In this document: positions 56,283 to 64,000 of the stretch, piece after piece
Numbering within the stretch: position 1 is the stretch's first letter
Layout of the letters: each line of letters begins with the position of its first letter
Assembly: GCA_964016885.1 (NCBI GenBank)
Contig: OZ024741.1
Span: forward strand, 165,974,001 to 166,038,000
Direction of reading: 5' to 3'
Source of the DNA: Eledone cirrhosa
Lineage: Eukaryota
Length of the DNA: 64,000 bases
Notes under the pieces: generated by a model
Told to the model about the DNA's origin: nothing
The model's input: only the letters and a program-made list of their open reading frames with translations
Database searches by the model: none
Program-made: the position numbers and the translations under genes

Positions 56283-56724
56283 CTATTCTCATCTAAGTTT
56301 CCAGGCAAAGCGAGGACTCTGGAAACTTATTAAAAAATAATTCAGTGGATAGGAAATAGCAAAGCGTGGACTGAATTCCTAGCCATTGAGAAAATCACTG
56401 CCTCTGCGTCTGTGGCAAATTCAAAAAGAATCAAACACGTGACATCGAGGTCAATCAGTGGAAAGTGGTTTGCTAATAAGACAGCGGCCTGCCTACTACC
56501 ATAGCAGCAGTCGTTTGATTCTTTTTGAATTTGCCACAGACGCAGAGGCAGTGATTTTCTCAATGGCTAGGAATTCAGTCCACGCTTTGCTATTTCCTAT
56601 CCACTGAATTATTTTTAAATAAGTTTCCAGAGTCCTCGCTTTGCCTAGAAACTTAGATGAGAATAGACTTCCCTGACGACGGAATGTTTCTCAATATCTT
56701 CTTCAGAAAATATATTTACTCCAT
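56225..56724. mobile_element. Fold-back element with 212-bp arms
   Basis: Arms 56225-56436 and 56513-56724, nearly identical. Confidence 0.92.
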
Positions 56725-56759
56725 ACACATAGACATAGATACACATACAGGTAGATATG

Positions 56760-56822
<63 letters not shown>

Positions 56823-56967
56823 TAAATGTACAGTACATAGTATAATTGAAGTACATAATATATAAAAAATACATAATATATTAAAAAAAAAATAAAAATG
56901 AATTATATTACGATTTGAAAATATATTCTTACAATTATAAGCAATATAACTTTAAAGCAATATAATT

Positions 56968-57073
56968 TAATCCCGCCGAGGTTGACTTTGCCTTTCATCC
57001 TTACGGGATCGATAAAATAAAGTACCAGTAATGCACTGGGTAATTGCTGGCCTTGTGCCTAAAGTAGAAACAA
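56968..57073 (+). mobile_element. 5'-truncated tRNA-derived SINE
   Basis: Family core and tail present. Confidence 0.87.
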
Positions 57074-57451
57074 ATATAATTTTAAAAAAATATAATTTAA
57101 AAAAATTACAGAATATCTTAAGATATAATTTTAAAATAAGAATATGTCTAAAAAATTCAGTATAAAATTTAAATTTTTTATACAATATTTAACTCTCAGT
57201 ATGTTTAACTTAATTTTATAACTATATGGGAAATTTTCAAAGAAAAAGAAAGAGAAACTTTCAAAAGAGAAACTTTCAAAAATAGGAGAAACCTTTCAAA
57301 GAAAATATTTTCTCCTTTTAAGAGCTTTCGGTATATTTATCTAGAAAAATTTACTAGGAAAAAAATTTTATATTTGAGAGTTTAAGCAGTCAAATGAAGG
57401 AATCTAATGATTTATCGATAGGTTCAATATATTAATAGAATTAATTATATA

Positions 57452-57792
57452 TTACATTTTAAATTTATATTTAAACGTTGAGTTCAATCTATGTCTGCAG
57501 CAACTGAATAAATTGCTTCTTACATTTATTGAATTTTTGCTTTTTAATATAAAGAATATTTCCTCTATACAAAGCTCACAATTTTCTGAAGAGGAATTAA
57601 AAGGAGTAGCTTTGAAATAATATTCCAAAGTAACGAATATTTAACGTTCTTTAATTTGAGGTCCCATAATAAGCTAGATAGAGAAGTTGAAGATTTTTTG
57701 TTTAAATGCGTAAAAGAGCTTTTATGGTTATTAAAACGAGATTTAAAATCTGTGGAAGTAGATCCTACATAATTAAATGAATTTAAATTAGG
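57452..57792 (-). pseudogene. Penelope-like (Naiad-type) GIY-YIG C-terminal fragment, not in the ORF track
   Basis: YVGSTSTDFKSRFNNHKSSF...TSLSSLLWDLK...WNII, frameshift, then CELCIEE...INVRSNLFSCCRH. Confidence 0.82.
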
Positions 57793-58798
57793 ATGTATTG
57801 GCCTGAAGTGTATGTGGGGGTGGATGTGATGATAAGATGGTGGTGTATGTGGTTGGTGACGGTCAGTGGCTGCGATGGGCTGTGGTGTGAGGGTGGCGGA
57901 TTGACTTTCGCCTGTAGTGTATATGGGGGTGGATGTGATGATAAGATGGTGGTGACGGTCAATGACTGGGATGGTTATTGTGTGGGGTGTGGTTGTGGTG
58001 TTGTTGTTTATGGTAGTGGCGTTTGTGGTGGTGTGACGGATGTGTTGGTGGTGTCAAGTCCATGGGGAGGTACATATCTAGACATTCTTAGTCTGACAAA
58101 TACGTTGTATACGTTTATATACATTCGCATATGTACTGACATATATACATACACACCTATGTATACACACATACACGCGCCCACATACACCCACACGCAC
58201 ACATATCTATATGCACACATACACACACATATATATGCGCATGCGCACGTGTGGATATATAGAGAGAGGGGGAGTATCGGTGGGAGTGGCGTAGTACAAA
58301 GATAGAGGGGGGTGAGAGCCAATGGAGATGGTGTTGTACATATAGACATACACATACATACACACATACACACACATACACATATAGATATACACACATA
58401 CACGTACACACAGATATACATACACACATACATATATATATATACGCATGCACATATATACGCACACATATATAAAAATACTTACACACAGATACACACA
58501 CTGGCGTTGGTTCGAGAGAGAAGGTATGTGTTGGCGATGTTAATGAAGTTAATGAATGTTGAGATATGGAGTTGTGTCTTGTGGTGGTGGTGGTGGAGTT
58601 GTGTGCGACAAAAATATACAGGATCGAATAATACGATGGGTTACAGGTGAAAAGGTGACATAGGGACCACGGGGGAAAAAAGTTTGTGGACGTATAGCGG
58701 TGTGTGTTGTGGGCATGGCGGTGGTGGTGATGGGGTGATATGTTCAACAATATGATTACATGATCAGATGTTACGGTGGGTTACAGGCTATATATATG

Positions 58799-58878
<80 letters not shown>

Positions 58879-59129
58879 GTATATATATATATACAATATA
58901 AAGAAATACATAGATACATGCGAATACATACATATACATGCATATACGCACATATATCCCTGAATTTGTGTGGTGCCAACCTTAACCGTTGTTGCTCTAT
59001 GATTAATAGGGACAAAATAATCTGAATGAATTAGATTGACTCTATATCAGAGCTATATAGTAGATTATAAAGAAAGAAGAAACATTAGACATAAATAAAA
59101 AAAAATGTTTCTTCTTTCTTTATAATGTA

Positions 59130-60022
59130 CTAGCAGTAAAGCCCGGCGTTGCTCGGGGTCGCTCAGTAGCTGTGTTAAAGTTACAATGTTAAGTTTCTTT
59201 CTTGGCTTAAAAACTGTAGTGTCTACTGTGCAGACTTGCATGTGGTGTTTTTGATTAATATTCCCTCAACCAACAATATGCCTTATGAAGTTAAGAAAAC
59301 ATAACGATAACCCGAATGTTATAACAAAAGAGGATGCTGGGGATAGAAACTGCACTGGTTATTTATTAACAAAGATCGAAAATGTAAACACTGCAACGCA
59401 GAGAAAAACATTAGCGTAACCAAATTATCAGTTACTAGCAGTAAAGCCCGGCGTTGCTCGGGGTCGCTCAGCAGCTGTGTTAAAGTTACAATGTTAAGTT
59501 TCTTTTTTGGCTTAAAGTCTGTCTGCACGCCTAACGAAATTTACAGATACATATATTTTAAATAAACTTATATAATTTTTGCTTTTTTTTTACGAAATAT
59601 TTGCTTGTTTTACGTAGTCTTTAAATAGACTTGTTTTCAAGTAAAAATATTGTTTTAAAAGGCTTTTAAATGGAAATGAAGCAAAACGGAAGCTTAGTGT
59701 TCGAACTGATGAATTTTGCAGTGTGTTAATGTCATTTTAAACGCTGAGAAAGCCAGCGTAATTTTTTTAATTTTTGCACGCAGACGCTCAATGTAAACAG
59801 AACAAAGGGAAATAACTGATCACTTACGCTCAAAAATCGATACATTATATTCGATTTCGTCACATAGGGTGGGTCAATTTGAAATTTTTTTTTTCCGATG
59901 TCTTCGCTAGGGCTCAATGTACAAGTATAGCAATTTCGGTGCAATTCCGTGAGAGATTCTAAGAGGAGATGTGTGCCAAAAATCGATAGGCAGACAGACA
60001 ACCACAGTTTTATATATATAGA
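59130..60022 (-). mobile_element. Non-autonomous Helitron with duplicated 3' terminus (59130 and 59435)
   Basis: TC...hairpin...CTAG termini. Removing it restores a continuous hairpin arm at A^T. Confidence 0.92.
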
Positions 60023-60453
60023 TTATATAGCTCTGATATAGAGTCAATCTAATTCATTCAGATTATTTTGTCCCTAATAATCATAGAGCAACAACGGTTA
60101 AGGTTGGCACCACACAAATTCAGGGATATATGTGTGTATATGCATGTATATGTATGTATTCGCATGTATCTGTGTATTTCTTTATATTGTCTATAACTCC
60201 CTACGGTAGAGTAACCACTGAAGTATAGTGACTGCTGTCAGGCTTACACTCTTTACACTTCGAGCCCTCCTTAGCCACCTCGTCTGTAGCGTAGATATTA
60301 ATACCCCCCTCTCCGCCATTGTGGTATTTTTCTCTTGGTTGTAAGAGTCTTAACTCTGTTTCTTGACCGCTGTATCACGTGATAAGTTCCCACGCCGCCT
60401 TTCCGGGTTCTCTCTCGCGCATTGCAGACGTATTTTGAAACTTTAAATTAGCT

Positions 60454-60547
60454 ATTCTCTTGATAAGTTGGCAACCCTCACAGAAATACTGCATCTCTAT
60501 GATGTAATGTTTTTGCAAAGTAGCCACGAAACTGCGCAGTCAAGAAT
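60454..60547 (+). ncRNA. Type I hammerhead ribozyme, U3-A8 core variant
   Basis: ATTCTC TTGATAA GTTGGC...GCCAC GAAAC TGCGCA GTC AAGAAT; palindromic stem III ACTGCGCAGT. Confidence 0.72.
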
Positions 60548-60605
60548 GTAGAGGAATATTGGGTATTTATATTTTTTTTTATTTATGTCTAATTCTTTCT
60601 TTATA

Positions 60606-60654
<49 letters not shown>

Positions 60655-60777
60655 TATATATTGAAGGCCGACTGAATACGCACGTGTATTCTTTTCTGCC
60701 CCATTTTTTCCACACATTTCCCCGCTTTTACCTCTCATGACTCTTTATTTTCTATTCATCTTCTATATCTAATTCTA

Positions 60778-60814
60778 TCTTCTGATGAAGGATTAGTGTT
60801 CAAAACGCTAAGAC
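60778..60814 (+). ncRNA. Decayed minimal hammerhead
   Basis: TCTT CTGATGA A GGA...TTC AAAAC GCT AAGA; GAAA and U16.1 are mutated. Confidence 0.45.
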
Positions 60815-60902
60815 TCTCTTCCTGCTATTTCAAGTGTTAAACTAATATATTTCTTCCATGTACTGTGCCGTTTATGTTGTTATTATTTTTTTTCTGTTTA
60901 CC

Positions 60903-60995
<93 letters not shown>

Positions 60996-61129
60996 TATAT
61001 TAGCAGAGTTTGGAGTTTGCTGTCGAAATGGCAAGAGCTCTTGAGTACTCTCCATAATATTACATCGAGGTTGACTATACGGAATGACCAGTTCTATCCA
61101 GTGGTGAACCAACAAACCTAAATAAATAA

Positions 61130-61172
<43 letters not shown>

Positions 61173-61284
61173 AACCAGTAAGACCCCGACAGCTGAGCTC
61201 AAGCCGTTTCGACGGCTAATTGTGGACTGTATTGAGTACTTTGGTGCGTTATGGTCCACCTGGTTCCTTACCACATTTCCTTCG

Positions 61285-61361
<77 letters not shown>

Positions 61362-61369
61362 CATAAATA

Positions 61370-61830
61370 CGGGCGTGCATGATTGTGTATAGAAGATTAT
61401 ATTAATAAAAAGGAATTCCAGCTTTGTCTGATTTCCTCGTTTTATTTACAATCCTTAAAAATTATAATTGTTTCTACTTTTGGCACAAGGCCAGCAATTA
61501 CCCAGTACATTACTGGTACTTTATTTTATCGACCCCGTAAGGATGAATGGAAAAGTTGACTTCGGCGGGATTTGAACTCAGAATGGAAAGGGCCGTAACT
61601 CTATGCGTCAAAAATATGACGCCCGACCCTCTACCGATACTGCCAATCAACTGTTGAAAATTGCAAACTTGACTGTCACCACTGAATATGAACCTGAAGA
61701 TTGCGAAAGCATGAAAGTACTTGTTAAATTAACATTTAACATTTAATATTCTACCATACTATTTCATTATAATTTTAAAGGATTGTAAATAAAACGAGTT
61801 AATCAGACAACGCTGGAATTCCTTTTATTA
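61370..61830. mobile_element. Fold-back hammerhead element with a nested SINE (61468-61650, minus)
   Basis: Same arms as 43663-43908. Confidence 0.82.
61689..61727 (+). ncRNA. Minimal type I hammerhead (U.U at 10.1-11.1)
   Basis: AAC CTGAAGA T TGC gaaa GCA T GAAA GTAC TT GTT; palindromic AAGTACTT. Confidence 0.62.
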
Positions 61831-62159
61831 TTATATATGTGTGTGTGTATACATGTGTGCGTGTGTGCGTGTTTGAAGTAAATAAACGATTACAACGGTA
61901 AATATTGACAATAGAATTCGCGTTTCAATAGATTTATTTATTGATCACGATGACGACGACTACGACTACACTGACAATGCTGGTTAAAGGACTGTGTTCT
62001 AATAATCTATAAAATCTCCGACCGTTACTCCTTTCCCGCCACCACTTCTTTCCCTCCACTCCTTTCCCGCCAATACATAGGACTTTAACAGTTTATGACG
62101 TCTAAACAAATGATGCATTTGAACGAACAAACAAACAAACAAACAATTATATATGTAAA

Positions 62160-62305
62160 CCCAATTAGCTTATTTATTTATTTATTTATTTGCTTATTCA
62201 TTTATTTGCTTATTTATTTATTTGCTTATTCATTTATTTATTTATTTATTTATTTATTTGCTTATTTATTTATTTATTTATATTTATTCATTCATTCATT
62301 GCTTA
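62160..62305. repeat. (TTTA)n-like microsatellite
   Basis: Directly visible. Confidence 0.9.
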
Positions 62306-62489
62306 TAATAGCTTTTTTTTTCGGTGACTAATATTAGAATGTAAGGTTTTTTCATATTTATTGATACTAAGCTTCAATAATCCTTCCCACGCGTATGTGC
62401 CTGTAGACGTAAGTACGTGTGTGTTTGCTTAGAAATACTATGAGGTGGTTCTGTGTGTGTATCATACACTCACACACATATGTGTATAC

Positions 62490-62543
<54 letters not shown>

Positions 62544-63102
62544 TTAAGTCTTTTGGAAGCCTCGACAATGCAGATGGGTAAATCTCCGGGTAACAAGATC
62601 CGGTGGTGGAGAGAGAGATGTAATTGGGTGTACGTTGAGATGCAAGGCGTGTATAAGACTGTAACGTGTAGAGGAATGAAGCAAAGAGCGTAAAGGATAA
62701 AAATAAAAATAACAACACGAGAAAGAGTTACCTTGGGAGAGATTTAATTGTCCCTATATATTTCGGATTCATATCCATCAACTGGGGGTTTCTTCCGGGG
62801 AGGGGGAAGGTTGTCTGTCGGAAAGGTGCGAAACGCGTCCTCCGCTGTTCGTTGTTTTGAATATCTGAGGAATTCAGCAGAGGGCGCGTGCGCGTGAAAT
62901 GGGGTCGGTCAGGCAGAGGTCAGCGGCCGAAGTAGGTCAGCGGCCCAAGTTCCCCACTTACCCCCCGACAACCCACCCCACTTACCCCCCGACAACCCAC
63001 CCCACCCCCACCCACCAACCACGAACTCGACACTAAACTCATCAGGCTAAAACACTCCATCTCGGATATACTTCACAAACACACACACACACGCACAACA
63101 CA

Positions 63103-64000
63103 CAACCTCACCAAGTCTCAACTCACCACTCTCTCCAACCTAAAATCGAAGAACCTCATCTACCCCCCCCCTCCGACAAGGGAAAAGAATTCTGCGTCAT
63201 CAGCAGAGAGGCCTACAACACCCTGGCCCTTGAACACCTTGACGATGACAACCTCTACTCCAAGGTCACGGGAATCACTCCCGCGCAGATAGAAGAGCAC
63301 ATCAACGCCGCCTGGACCAACATCTGCGACCGGCGGAAGCTCCCGAAGAAGCTGAGATACAACCTCTACACGAGGAATAGCAGACTACCCGCCTTCTACC
63401 ACCTCGTGAAAACACAAACATGGATCCCGACACCAGAAAGAATAACAGATATGCCTTCAGCCTTGATGTAGTCGCTCTCTACACCTCGGTCCCGGCACTC
63501 CCGGCCGTCAATATACTGATGGAACACGTCCAATCCACCGACCTACACTGCTCGGGCTCACCACCACTGACATCCACCAACTCCTATCCATCGTCGTCGA
63601 CAACACCTACTTCGGATTCCTTGACCAAACATACCAACAAACCTCGTGACTACCCATGTGATCAAGCCTGTCGGGTGTGCTAGCGATCTCTTACATGGAC
63701 AGCCTAGAGCGCAAGGCACTCAACGCCTGCCACCCCAACGCCGTCGCCTTTTTCTCAATATACGTGGACGATATCCTCATCCTCACATCTTCCCAAGGCA
63801 TGCGAACAGAATCTATGAGACGTTCAACAACACGGACGAGAACATTGACTTCAGTGTTGAACACCCCAATGACGACGGGTCACTTGCCCCCCTCGACTTC
63901 CGAATCAACATCACGGAACAGGGAGGGTTCCACTGCAACTTCTACCGAAAGGCAGCCTGCAGGGACCTGTTCGTCCACTACAAGTCCGCCCTCCCTAACA
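63103..64000 (+). pseudogene. Penelope-like element reverse transcriptase, disrupted, runs off window
   Basis: NLTKSQ...PSDKGKEF, FYHLVKT, SLDVVALYTSVP, YVDDIL and FYRK...HYKSALP, with frameshifts and an internal deletion. Confidence 0.92.

Larger units (their letters stand above)
58893..60610 (+). mobile_element. Fold-back, terminally redundant hammerhead element interrupted by a Helitron
   Basis: Arms are 58893-59086 versus 59104-59129 plus 60023-60190. The start sequence is repeated at 60572-60610. Confidence 0.8.

Overview
Eukaryotic, repeat-dominated, non-genic DNA. The SINE family and very high (TA)/(CA)/(TATG) microsatellite load suggest a cephalopod, probably an octopus (inference). 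I find no intact host gene, and almost all ORF-track entries are microsatellite or satellite translations. Bases 1-12190 are a 52-bp G/T-rich satellite with a 3769-bp higher-order duplication. The rest is nested transposons: many tRNA-derived SINE copies, four non-autonomous Helitrons, hAT and Tc1/pogo MITEs, a near-complete decayed R4-clade LINE, RTE, CRE and Ingi-like fragments, and three Penelope-like element (PLE) coding remnants (two GIY-YIG, one RT). The most interesting signal is a set of unrelated short elements beside (TA)n tracts. Several form 100-290 bp fold-back arms and carry type I hammerhead ribozyme motifs, many with non-canonical cores (U3-A8 swap, unpaired 10.1-11.1). One has a terminally redundant ~590-nt unit. 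Together they look like a diverse non-autonomous PLE/retrozyme system. All structures were read by eye; cleavage activity and novelty are untested.
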